Assembly (NCBI RefSeq): GCF_056712565.1
Contig: NZ_CM160072.1
Length of the DNA: 64,000 nucleotides
Reading direction: 5' to 3' (one strand)
The translations under genes and the position numbers were made by a program. This document shows positions 19,606-27,065 of this stretch, piece after piece (the first letter of the stretch is position 1; the number at the start of each line of letters is the position of its first letter). A model generated the notes under the pieces. That model was not told the origin of the DNA. It saw only the letters and a program-made list of their open reading frames with translations, and ran no database searches.

Positions 19606-19878
19606 CTACCTGCCTTGACGAAAGACCTTAAGAACATCGTTAAACTGACTTACGGATATGTCTTCTTTGAGAAGCTTTTCCAGAAATGCGTTTGGAATGA
19701 ACGTATATCCCTCCTCTTTTGGTAGAGACGGGAGCAACGCCCTCGCCTCAGCCTTCAGAAGCTCAGTTCTGGCAACTTTCACAAAAGAGATTTGAGTTCT
19801 TTCATCAATGGAACGAAGGAAGCGCAAACGCTTAGCTTCTTTGTGTGTATCAGGTGGATTAAAGCCTTTGTTTCGCAT
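19606..19878 (-). CDS. Hypothetical 90-aa protein between cII and O
   Basis: ORF starting MRNKGFNPPDTHKEAKRLRFLRSIDERTQISF... The longer 181-aa version in the track needs an implausible upstream extension that overlaps cII. Confidence 0.45.
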   Translation of the reverse strand: MRNKGFNPPDTHKEAKRLRFLRSIDERTQISFVKVARTELLKAEARALLPSLPKEEGYTFIPNAFLEKLLKEDISVSQFNDVLKVFRQGR

Positions 19879-19900
19879 ATAATTACCTCGTTGGATGTTG

Positions 19901-20194
19901 TTAAAATTCCATTTGTATTTGATCAGAACGCTCGGTTGCCGCCGGGCGTTTTTTATTGGTGAGAATCGAAGCAACTTGTCGTGCCAATCGAGCCATGTCG
20001 TCGTCGACAACACCCCATTCAAGAACAGCAAGCAGCATTGAGAACTTTGGAATCCAGTCCCTCTTCCACCTGCTGATCTGCGACTTATCAACGCCCACAG
20101 CTTCCGCTGTCTTCTCAGTTCCAAGCATTGCGATTTTGTTAAGCAACGCACTCTCGATTCTTAGAGCCTCGTTGCGTTTGTTTGCACGAACCAT
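19901..20194 (-). CDS. cII: CII transcriptional activator (lambda-type)
   Basis: 97 aa from an internal ATG, MVRANKRNEALRIESALLNKIAMLGTEKTAEAVGVDKSQISRWKRDW..., essentially lambda CII. Confidence 0.9.
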   Translation of the reverse strand: MVRANKRNEALRIESALLNKIAMLGTEKTAEAVGVDKSQISRWKRDWIPKFSMLLAVLEWGVVDDDMARLARQVASILTNKKRPAATERSDQIQMEF

Positions 20195-20227
20195 ATGTAA
20201 GTATTTCCTTAACAAATAAGAAGTTAT

Positions 20228-20296
20228 GCGCATCAACTTATGCGCGTTGTATTCCCGCATTTCGGCGGGAATGAGGACCATGACTGTTAAAGAGCA
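20228..20296 (-). promoter_or_regulatory. nutR (boxA TGCTCTTTAACA plus boxB hairpin CCCGCCGAAAUGCGGG) and a tR1-like hairpin (GCGCAU...AUGCGC plus U-rich tail)
   Basis: Between cro and cII. The boxB RNA is identical to the one in the pL leader. Confidence 0.6.
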
Positions 20297-20302
20297 ATTT
20301 GC

Positions 20303-20488
20303 TTATGCCGCTTTGCGGTAAGCGCTTTCTTGATACTTCAGGGCGCCAGCTGTAACGACTTCCAGTCGATAGGCGTCTTTCTCTGGGATGACTTCCTTCC
20401 ACTGAGAGACTGCTGCGTCGCTAATGCCTAACGCTTTAGCTACAGCACGCTGGGTTCCGAAGTGGTCGATAACATCTTTCTTGTACAT
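20303..20488 (-). CDS. cro: Cro (P22-type)
   Basis: 61 aa, MYKKDVIDHFGTQRAVAKALGISDAAVSQWKEVIPEKDAYRLE..., as P22 Cro. Confidence 0.9.
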   Translation of the reverse strand: MYKKDVIDHFGTQRAVAKALGISDAAVSQWKEVIPEKDAYRLEVVTAGALKYQESAYRKAA

Positions 20489-20568
20489 AGACTCGCTCCG
20501 AAATTAAAGAACACTTAAATTATCCACTAAAGGAATCTTAAGTCAAGTTTATTTAAGATGTCTTAACT
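20489..20568. promoter_or_regulatory. OR operators with divergent pR / pRM (P22 immC type)
   Basis: Palindromic TTAAG...CTTAA operators such as ATTAAAGAACACTTAAAT. A pR candidate on the minus strand is TTGACT-17-GATAAT. Confidence 0.7.
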
Positions 20569-21219
20569 ATGAAAACTCAATTGATGGGAGAGCGCATTCG
20601 CGCTCGGAGAAAAGAACTCAAGATCAGGCAGGCCGCACTTGGAAAGATGGTCGGCGTGTCTAATGTTGCCATATCTCAGTGGGAACGCTCTGAGACAGAG
20701 CCAAATGGAGAGAATCTTCTCGCCCTGGCTAATGCGTTGAAGTGTTCCCCTGACTATCTGATGAAAGGAGAGGAAAGTCTTTCAAACATTGCCTATCACA
20801 GTAGGCATGATCCAAGAGGGTCATACCCTCTGATTAGCTGGGTGAGCGCAGGATGCTGGATGGAAGCTGTAGAACCATATCATAAGCGTGCAATAGATAA
20901 CTGGTACGATACAACCGTAGACTGTTCAGAAGATTCGTTTTGGTTGGACGTGAAGGGAGACTCAATGACGGCTCCGGCCGGTCTCAGTATCCCTGAAGGA
21001 ATGATAATACTCGTCGATCCTGAAGTAGAGCCGCGTAACGGGAAACTGGTAGTTGCAAAGCTCGAAGGAGAAAACGAGGCAACTTTCAAGAAGTTAGTTA
21101 TTGATGCAGGCAGGAAGTTTCTAAAACCACTTAACCCACAATATCCGATGATCGAGATCAACGGAAACTGCAAAATCATCGGCGTAGTTGTCGATGCAAA
21201 ACTAGCAAACCTTCCATAA
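20569..21219 (+). CDS. c2: C2 repressor (P22-type, LexA-like S24 autopeptidase)
   Basis: 216 aa, MKTQLMGERIRARRKELKIRQAALGKMVGVSNVAISQWERSE..., as P22 C2. Confidence 0.95.
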   Translation: MKTQLMGERIRARRKELKIRQAALGKMVGVSNVAISQWERSETEPNGENLLALANALKCSPDYLMKGEESLSNIAYHSRHDPRGSYPLISWVSAGCWMEAVEPYHKRAIDNWYDTTVDCSEDSFWLDVKGDSMTAPAGLSIPEGMIILVDPEVEPRNGKLVVAKLEGENEATFKKLVIDAGRKFLKPLNPQYPMIEINGNCKIIGVVVDAKLANLP

Positions 21220-21220
21220 G

Positions 21221-21246
21221 GGGGCATTCGCCCCTTTTTTTTTATT
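21221..21246 (+). terminator. Intrinsic terminator after c2
   Basis: GGGGCATTCGCCCC followed by T9. Confidence 0.7.
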
Positions 21247-21249
21247 TCC

Positions 21250-21345
21250 TTTAAAAATCAAAGCCAAACTTAAGTTACGAAAGAAAATTTAAGTTTTCTT
21301 CAAAAATGCTCTTGACCATTAATTAAAGAGATCTTAAATTTAAGC
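21250..21345 (+). promoter_or_regulatory. OL operators and pL (TTGACC-17-TAAATT at 21312..21340) directing the N operon
   Basis: Repeated TTTAAG/CTTAAA operator half-sites overlapping a sigma-70-like promoter. Confidence 0.6.
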
Positions 21346-21384
21346 CATCAGCAGGACGCTGGAAGCCAAACGGAACAGATTGGC

Positions 21385-21427
21385 AGGCTCTTTAACATTG
21401 ATGGGATTGTCCCGCCGAAATGCGGGA
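21385..21427 (+). promoter_or_regulatory. nutL (boxA GCTCTTTAACA plus boxB hairpin CCCGCCGAAATGCGGG)
   Basis: Same boxA/boxB RNA as nutR, located in the pL leader. Confidence 0.6.
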
Positions 21428-21740
21428 ACCAAAGAGTAGTTGGCTTTGGGGTGACGTGAAGTGCAGCTGCACGACGGCAACCGGAAGATAAGCACCCGGC
21501 GCGTCACCGCCAAAGTCAATTCCATAGGCGTTATGCAGCCGCCACCATATTCAAGAAAGCTGCACAAGAGGTAGGAGGATTTATGTGAATGCATAACTTC
21601 AAAACCGAGGTTAATTAAATCTCTCGATCCGAGCATCGACCTATTAGGTGGCGAGATGCTCTTTCTGCCCCTCAGTTCGAGGGGCCAGAAACCACTTTGC
21701 AATCACTATCAATTCCAAAGTTGTTTCATCGGAGGTCAAC

Positions 21741-22040
21741 ATGACAGTAGTCATTACATATCTGGCTGACGATAACGCCAGAAATCGCCGCAGAGCACGC
21801 AGACAGGCTCAACGTGAACAGGCGATGCAAGAACAGCGACTGGCGCGAAAAATTGCGCTAAAGCTCTCTGGTTGCGTCAGAGCGGATAAAGCAGCATCAC
21901 TCGGAATCCTTCGCTGCAAGAAGGCAGATGAAGTCGAGAGTAAACAGAATCGTATTTACTACCGCAAGCCACGCAGTGAAATGGGTGTGACTTGTGTTGG
22001 TCGCCAGAAAATGAAATTAGGCAGCAAACCACTTATTTGA
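21741..22040 (+). CDS. N-like antiterminator (gene-24 type, arginine-rich motif)
   Basis: 100 aa from the ATG at 21741 (ribosome-binding site GGAGG). N-terminal NARNRRRARRQAQREQ and C-terminal ...YRKPRSEMGVTCVGRQKMKLGSKPLI resemble the lambda N C-terminus. Confidence 0.75.
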   Translation: MTVVITYLADDNARNRRRARRQAQREQAMQEQRLARKIALKLSGCVRADKAASLGILRCKKADEVESKQNRIYYRKPRSEMGVTCVGRQKMKLGSKPLI

Positions 22041-22048
22041 GGTGATAT

Positions 22049-22519
22049 ATGACAAAATCATGGAGCGTACCTTTTCCTGAATCAGAAACTGAACATGATG
22101 GAATGCCTGTTTTCTGGAGATTCCAAGCGACAGTTGAAGAAGATGGAATCAAAATATTCGCACTTCAATATATAGCTTTTCATCAGACAGAGCATTATGC
22201 ATGGTTGGTTCCTGCGCATTGGATTGTTAATTTTAAACCAGCACCAAATCAGTGGTTACAGGAATGGAAACAAAGGAGAAATAGATATGCAATTAAGAAA
22301 GTAGCAAAAAATGCAGAAAGATCTTTTGCATTCCCGACGAAGAAACTTGCCATTGAAAGTTTATTGCGCCGGAAGAAATACCATTTGATGAGAATCAAAC
22401 AAGATTTGGCTGTTGTATCAACTCTTGTTGATGGGATGAAGAATATTGATACATCAACACCAGGTATTGAATATAACTTTGGACACAACCAAGAAACAGA
22501 AAACTGGGTGTTTTATTAG
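22049..22519 (+). CDS. Orphan immediate-early protein (156 aa) with no recognised family
   Basis: ORF 9 nt after N and before the tL1-like terminator, with no transmembrane segment. The N-terminal half is aromatic-rich and the C-terminal half is basic. Confidence 0.55.
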   Translation: MTKSWSVPFPESETEHDGMPVFWRFQATVEEDGIKIFALQYIAFHQTEHYAWLVPAHWIVNFKPAPNQWLQEWKQRRNRYAIKKVAKNAERSFAFPTKKLAIESLLRRKKYHLMRIKQDLAVVSTLVDGMKNIDTSTPGIEYNFGHNQETENWVFY

Positions 22520-22623
22520 TACGAATAAGCACTGTGTATTCATTCCAACGAGTGAATACACGGAGCAATGTCGCTCGTAACTAAACAGGAGCCGACTTGT
22601 TCTGATTATTGGAAATCTTCTTT

Positions 22624-22648
22624 GCCCTCCAGTGTGAGGGCTTTTTTA
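22624..22648 (+). terminator. tL1-like intrinsic terminator
   Basis: GCCCTCCAGTGTGAGGGC followed by TTTTTTAT. Confidence 0.65.
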
Positions 22649-22713
22649 TATGCATACCAATAACGCTTCACTCGAGGCGTTTTCGTTATGCAATCAAACA
22701 GAAGGAGCATCCT

Positions 22714-22884
22714 ATGCAACAGTTCGCTATTGCAGGGGCGGCATCGGTTCGCCCTTTCAACCCGATTTTATCGGTACAGCATTCACGAAAAAACATTTTA
22801 ACCGGAGCAGACTTTAAACAACCAAGAATGAAAAGCTTGCTCGAAAAGCTTTGGGATATTTTGAAACAACAAGGCCGTCCATGA
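22714..22884 (+). CDS. cIII: CIII-like small protein (56 aa)
   Basis: MQQFAIAGAASV...SLLEKLWDILKQQGRP resembles the lambda CIII core MQYAIAGWP...ESLLERI. Strong ribosome-binding site AAGGAG. Confidence 0.55.
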   Translation: MQQFAIAGAASVRPFNPILSVQHSRKNILTGADFKQPRMKSLLEKLWDILKQQGRP

Positions 22885-23039
22885 GTTTTACGGATAACTG
22901 GTCAGACGAAGAATTCATTCGTCAGATAAAAGAATTAATCGGTAACGAAGGAGATATTCATGTCACTTGCAACCACAGTGAAGGAGAGCAAGTTACAGAG
23001 ACGCATGTACACGCAGAAAGCTCTCTGGTATCGCCATAA
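22881..23039 (+). CDS. Small hypothetical protein (52 aa), translationally coupled to the cIII-like gene via ATGA
   Basis: Start ATG overlaps the upstream stop. Acidic. No family recognised. Confidence 0.4.
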   Translation: MSFTDNWSDEEFIRQIKELIGNEGDIHVTCNHSEGEQVTETHVHAESSLVSP

Positions 23040-23140
23040 TGGTGACCGCGAAGGAATGCGGGTATGCCTTAATTTGTCCCGAGTCGAAGTATTAAATCAG
23101 CGTTATTTCCTTGGGCCGTGTCCATTCTGAGAGCAATCAT

Positions 23141-23746
23141 ATGAGCAAAGAATTTTACGCAAGACTGGCAGCTATTCAGGAGAATCTGAACGCGCCAAAG
23201 AATCAGTACAACTCATTCGGCAAATATAAATACAGAAGCTGCGAAGATATTCTTGAAGGCGTTAAGCCGTTACTGAACGGTCTGTTTTTATCAATCAGCG
23301 ATGAAGTTGTGTTGATTGGTGATCGGTATTACGTGAAAGCCACGGCAACTATTACCGATGGCGAAAACAGTCATACGGCAACCGCTCTTGCACGAGAGGA
23401 AGAAAGCAAGAAAGGAATGGATTCTGCACAAGTTACGGGAGCTACAAGCTCTTATGCACGCAAGTATTGCCTCAATGGTTTGTTCGGCATTGATGATGCG
23501 AAAGATGCAGATACAGACGAGCATAAACATCAGCAGAACGCAGCAGCAAAGCAATCAAAACCATCACTTACACCTGAACAGGTTCTAAAAGCATTCACTG
23601 ACGCAGCAATGCAGAAAAACACCGTAGAAGAGCTTAAACAGGCGTTCGCCAAAGCGTGGAAGATGCTCGAAGGGACGCCGGAGCAGCACAAAGCGCAGGA
23701 CGTTTACAACATCAGACGAGACGAATTAGAAGGGGCAACTGCTTAA
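23141..23746 (+). CDS. erf: Erf single-strand annealing recombinase
   Basis: MSKEFYARLAAIQENLNAPKNQYNSFGKYKYRSCEDILEG..., as P22 Erf. Confidence 0.9.
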   Translation: MSKEFYARLAAIQENLNAPKNQYNSFGKYKYRSCEDILEGVKPLLNGLFLSISDEVVLIGDRYYVKATATITDGENSHTATALAREEESKKGMDSAQVTGATSSYARKYCLNGLFGIDDAKDADTDEHKHQQNAAAKQSKPSLTPEQVLKAFTDAAMQKNTVEELKQAFAKAWKMLEGTPEQHKAQDVYNIRRDELEGATA

Positions 23747-24129
23747 TGGCACATTCGATTACAGTAAGACTAAACAAACCCGCAAGAGAGTTTCAGGGCG
23801 GGGAAAATATCGGATTCAACATCCGTGCTGGCGTTCAGTATTACGATCGCCAGACAAAAAAGAAAGAATGGACAAACTACAGCGCCGTTGTATTTGCCAA
23901 GCCGGGAGCGCAAGCGGATTACTATCGTAGCGTTCTGGTTGAAGGAGGCATTGTAGAAATTACCGGAGAAAACATCAGGGTTGATGTTTATCAGGGGCAA
24001 AATGGTCAATCAATCACTCTTGAATTACTGAATGCAAAGATTGGATTTGCAACTTCAGGAAACAGCCAACAGCAGCAAAGTAGCAATCATCAAAATAATC
24101 CTGAATACGACGATTCCATCCCATTCTGA
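23746..24129 (+). CDS. SSB-like OB-fold protein (127 aa)
   Basis: Start overlaps the erf stop (TAATG). Sequence pattern of phage ssDNA-binding proteins. Confidence 0.55.
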   Translation: MAHSITVRLNKPAREFQGGENIGFNIRAGVQYYDRQTKKKEWTNYSAVVFAKPGAQADYYRSVLVEGGIVEITGENIRVDVYQGQNGQSITLELLNAKIGFATSGNSQQQQSSNHQNNPEYDDSIPF

Positions 24130-24152
24130 TTTAGAAAAATAAGGATTTAATT

Positions 24153-24449
24153 ATGCCAGCGCCTTTGTATGGTGCGGATGACCCGCGCCGCTGTTCCGGC
24201 AATTCCGTATCGGAGGTGCTGGATAAATTCAGAAAAAACTACGATCGAATAATGTCTCTACCGCAGGAAACGAAAGAGGAAAAGGAATTTCGCCACTGTA
24301 TATGGCTTGCAGAGAAAGAAGAACGCGAGCGAATTTACCAGACATCAATCCGACCATTCCGCAAAGCCACATATACCCACTTCCCTGAATATATCGACCC
24401 GCGCCTGCGTAATTACCGCTCACGCTATGGCGCTATCAGTAATGACTGA
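24153..24449 (+). CDS. abc2: Abc2-like anti-RecBCD protein
   Basis: 98 aa, MPAPLYGADDPRRCSGNSVSEVLDKFRKNYD..., P22 Abc2-like. Confidence 0.7.
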   Translation: MPAPLYGADDPRRCSGNSVSEVLDKFRKNYDRIMSLPQETKEEKEFRHCIWLAEKEERERIYQTSIRPFRKATYTHFPEYIDPRLRNYRSRYGAISND

Positions 24450-24525
24450 GGAATTTACCATGAGAGGACTTGCTTAAGAGAAAGAGTTTCGGTTCTGTTA
24501 ATGACAACAAATATCTGAATGCGAT

Positions 24526-25062
24526 GTGGCGGAGTGGGAAGAAATGAAACAAATGTCACTAATTGAGATGGATGGTTTTCTGAAAGGTAAATGCATCCCA
24601 AGTGATTTAAAGGTTAACGAAACAAACGCTGAATACCTTGTCCGTAAGTTCGGTGAACTTGAATCAAAACTGGAAACGGCGTTGCGGGAGTGTAGTTCTG
24701 CTGGAATCACGATTGATAACCTTGAGGCTAAATGCGCGAAGATGGCTGCTGAAAATACCTCACTTAAGCAATCTGAGAAGGAATTTAATGACTTTTGTCG
24801 TGAGGAGTTTAGCGAATGGGAAGATGATGTTACTGAAACCCCAGCCACCGATGCTTTTCTGGCTGAAGTGCGGGCGCAGGGGGTGGATGCTGCTATAGAA
24901 GCTGCAAAAAATCTGGTGGCCCAAGAATATGAGTATAAGGATTTCAAAGCGGCGCAGAGTGATTGCTGTATGCACCCTGGTTCAGACCTGGTAGGGAAGG
25001 TTGAAATGACTGAGTGGTTAGTTGACTTTGCTGCCCAGCTTCGCAAAGGAGGCAACCAGTGA
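24526..25062 (+). CDS. Hypothetical early protein (178 aa from a GTG start; an alternative ATG at 24544 is possible)
   Basis: ORF in the ea region with a coiled-coil-like central segment. Confidence 0.5.
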   Translation: MAEWEEMKQMSLIEMDGFLKGKCIPSDLKVNETNAEYLVRKFGELESKLETALRECSSAGITIDNLEAKCAKMAAENTSLKQSEKEFNDFCREEFSEWEDDVTETPATDAFLAEVRAQGVDAAIEAAKNLVAQEYEYKDFKAAQSDCCMHPGSDLVGKVEMTEWLVDFAAQLRKGGNQ

Positions 25063-25358
25063 CTGTATGTCTTATTGATAAACGTCGACGTGGGCAACAA
25101 ATACCATCTGTTGAAATGCCGAATCACACATGGTTTTGCGTACTTGATATCGATGGTATGGATACGTTGGTTGACACTCGTCATTACTGCGATACCGCAA
25201 CAGCTACTCCGGCGAAAGCAAAGAAAATGGCTGCTCTGATAGAAAACTGGACTCCACCTGATGGTTGGTGCAATGGGAATGATCGAGATTGGCACGAAAA
25301 AATGAAGGGCTATATCTGCGATTTTTTACGTAAATGCAACGGCTTCAGGGGGATGTGA
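25059..25358 (+). CDS. Hypothetical early protein (99 aa)
   Basis: ORF overlapping the upstream stop by 4 nt. Confidence 0.5.
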   Translation: MTVCLIDKRRRGQQIPSVEMPNHTWFCVLDIDGMDTLVDTRHYCDTATATPAKAKKMAALIENWTPPDGWCNGNDRDWHEKMKGYICDFLRKCNGFRGM

Positions 25359-25359
25359 T

Positions 25360-25932
25360 ATGACCAAAATTAACTATCAGGCACTGCGTGAGGCGGCAGA
25401 ACGTGCAATTCCGGCAATGGAACGCCTGTTAATGTTGCCAGTTGATGATGATTTGTTAAGTGAACAGGAACTTAAGGATTACGGTGTGGATATTGATGCG
25501 CTCAACGCCTTCAAATTTCTGACCGGACCAGAAACCGTGCTGGCGCTGCTGGATGAACGGGAAAGAAACCAGCAATACATCAAACGCCGCGACCAGGAGA
25601 ACGAGGAAATTGCGCTAACGGTAGGGAAGCTGCGCGTTGAGCTGGAAGCTGCAGAGAAGCGCATTGCAGAACTGGAAGCCGAACCTGTAAGCCAAACTTA
25701 CAAGTTGAACGAGCTGTCGGGCAACTATCCGGTAACTCCGGATGGTTGGATAAGCTGTAGTGAGCGAATGCCCGCTCAAGATGATTGGATTTTAATTTAT
25801 TCAAAGCACGGCGAGTATATGGCAGGACAGGTACAAGGGGAATACGTGGAGTTGAGCGACGGCACTTTATCGTGGTTAGGGAACGCCTTGTACTGGATGC
25901 CTCTACCGGAACCGCCGCAGGAGGTTAATTGA
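25360..25932 (+). CDS. Ea22-like protein with C-terminal DUF551-type domain
   Basis: 190 aa with a coiled-coil middle and the C-terminal motif ...YWMPLPEPP. Confidence 0.55.
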   Translation: MTKINYQALREAAERAIPAMERLLMLPVDDDLLSEQELKDYGVDIDALNAFKFLTGPETVLALLDERERNQQYIKRRDQENEEIALTVGKLRVELEAAEKRIAELEAEPVSQTYKLNELSGNYPVTPDGWISCSERMPAQDDWILIYSKHGEYMAGQVQGEYVELSDGTLSWLGNALYWMPLPEPPQEVN

Positions 25933-26126
25933 TGGTCTCCTTCGCGAAATATACGATTATTGACTGGATAGCATTCATTCAGGTTTTGCTCATCTGGTTT
26001 TATATGGCTTACAGGAGTGGACAGTGGATTGTCAGTGTAGCCTGTAGCAATGGATGGCGTTGGTGGAACCGAAAGAATAAAAAAAGCGCTGGCCTTGGCT
26101 TCGTTTTACGAAGCATTCAATCTTAA
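25929..26126 (+). CDS. Small predicted membrane protein (65 aa)
   Basis: A hydrophobic helix followed by a basic tail. Confidence 0.4.
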   Translation: MMVSFAKYTIIDWIAFIQVLLIWFYMAYRSGQWIVSVACSNGWRWWNRKNKKSAGLGFVLRSIQS

Positions 26127-26209
26127 CAGTCTTCAGCCTGGTTCTGTCGTTGTAGTCACCACTCAAAGCGGCATGACGATACAAATTCACAAGCCAAAGG
26201 AGGAAGGTC

Positions 26210-26494
26210 GTGGCTAACCTGCAACTTGCCGTTAAAGGTGAATACTTCGATGCCATGATTCGCGGAGAGAAAACGGAAGAGTATCGCCTGTGTAATGACT
26301 ACTGGAATAAGCGAATTATGTTCCGCGAGTATGACCGCCTGATTATCACAAAGGGATATCCGAAGCGCGACGATTCCAGCCGCAGAATTGACGTCCCGTA
26401 TGACGGATATGAAATCAAGACAATCACACATCCGCACTTCGGCGATAAACCGGTAAAGGTGTTCGCTATAAAGGTGAATATCGACAATGAATGA
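26210..26494 (+). CDS. ASCH/PUA-like domain protein (94 aa)
   Basis: GTG start with ribosome-binding site AAGGAGG. ...VKGEYFDAMIRGEKTEEYRL...ITKGY pattern typical of ASCH-like phage proteins. Confidence 0.5.
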   Translation: MANLQLAVKGEYFDAMIRGEKTEEYRLCNDYWNKRIMFREYDRLIITKGYPKRDDSSRRIDVPYDGYEIKTITHPHFGDKPVKVFAIKVNIDNE

Positions 26495-26568
26495 TAATCC
26501 TCGCACTCGCGGGGATTTCTTTTATCTGAACTCGCTACGGCGGGTTTTGTTTTATGGAGATGATAAAT

Positions 26569-26736
26569 GCACTTCCGAGTCACAGGTGAATGGAATGGAG
26601 AGCCATTCAACAGAGTTATCGAAGCAGAGAACATCAACGACTGCTATGACCACTGGATGCTGTGGGCGCAGATAGCACATGCAGACGTAACTAATATTCG
26701 AATTGAAGAACTGAAAGAACACCAAGCCGCCTGATG
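26569..26736 (+). CDS. Small protein (55 aa, MHFRVTGEWNGEPFNRVIEAENINDCYDHW...), possibly YpdJ-related
   Basis: Ribosome-binding site GGAG at the right spacing, and the ORF ends at an intrinsic terminator. It competes with an overlapping 62-aa ORF in another frame. Confidence 0.45.
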
Positions 26737-26748
26737 GCGGTTTTTTAT
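26726..26748 (+). terminator. Intrinsic terminator (GCCGCCTGATGGCGG followed by TTTTTTATT)
   Basis: Seen directly. Confidence 0.7.
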
Positions 26749-26756
26749 TGCCTGAT

Positions 26757-26772
26757 TTGCAGGTTCGATTCC
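26757..26772. other. 16-nt fragment identical to the argW T-arm (TTGCAGGTTCGATTCC) upstream of torI
   Basis: Compared with the remembered tRNA-Arg(CCU) argW sequence ...TTGCAGGTTCGATTCCTGCAGGGGACACCA. Confidence 0.5.
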
Positions 26773-26791
26773 CTATTCGGAGATAGCACTC

Positions 26792-26992
26792 ATGCAACAC
26801 GAACTACAACCTGATTCACTGGTTGATTTGAAATTCATCATGGCCGATACTGGCTTCGGTAAAACCTTCATCTATGACCGGATTAAGTCCGGCGACCTGC
26901 CAAAAGCCAAAGTTATCCACGGGCGAGCAAGATGGTTATATCGTGACCATTGTGAATTCAAAAATAAGCTCTTAAGCCGCGCCAATGGGTAA
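26792..26992 (+). CDS. torI: TorI (excisionase / recombination directionality factor; inhibitor of TorR)
   Basis: 66 aa, MQHELQPDSLVDLKFIMADTGFGKTFIYDRIKSGDLPKAKVIHGRARWLYRDHCEF... Confidence 0.95.
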   Translation: MQHELQPDSLVDLKFIMADTGFGKTFIYDRIKSGDLPKAKVIHGRARWLYRDHCEFKNKLLSRANG

Positions 26993-27065
26993 AATAGCGG
27001 GTAAAATATTTCTCACATCTAAAAAACACCATTCCAATCAATCCCCTGCCGCCTCAAGTAGATGT

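Noticed and set aside
21340-21702. 120-aa minus-strand ORF between c2 and N
   Set aside because: It lies within the pL leader and nutL region, and is opposite in orientation to the operon logic, with no ribosome-binding site. The region is better explained by regulatory RNA structure.
22049-22519. Calling the 156-aa immediate-early protein SieB or Ral
   Set aside because: It has no transmembrane segments (SieB is a membrane protein) and no similarity to the 66-aa lambda Ral. It is left as an unknown.
24498-25295. 265-aa minus-strand ORF across the ea region
   Set aside because: Ser-rich low-complexity translation, antisense to three well-supported plus-strand genes that have ribosome-binding sites and coupled stop/start codons. 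Judged a spurious antisense frame.
26487-26675. 62-aa ORF starting at the ASCH gene's stop
   Set aside because: It overlaps, in another frame, the 55-aa ORF at 26569..26736, which has a better ribosome-binding site and ends at an intrinsic terminator. Only one can be real, and the 55-aa ORF was preferred.
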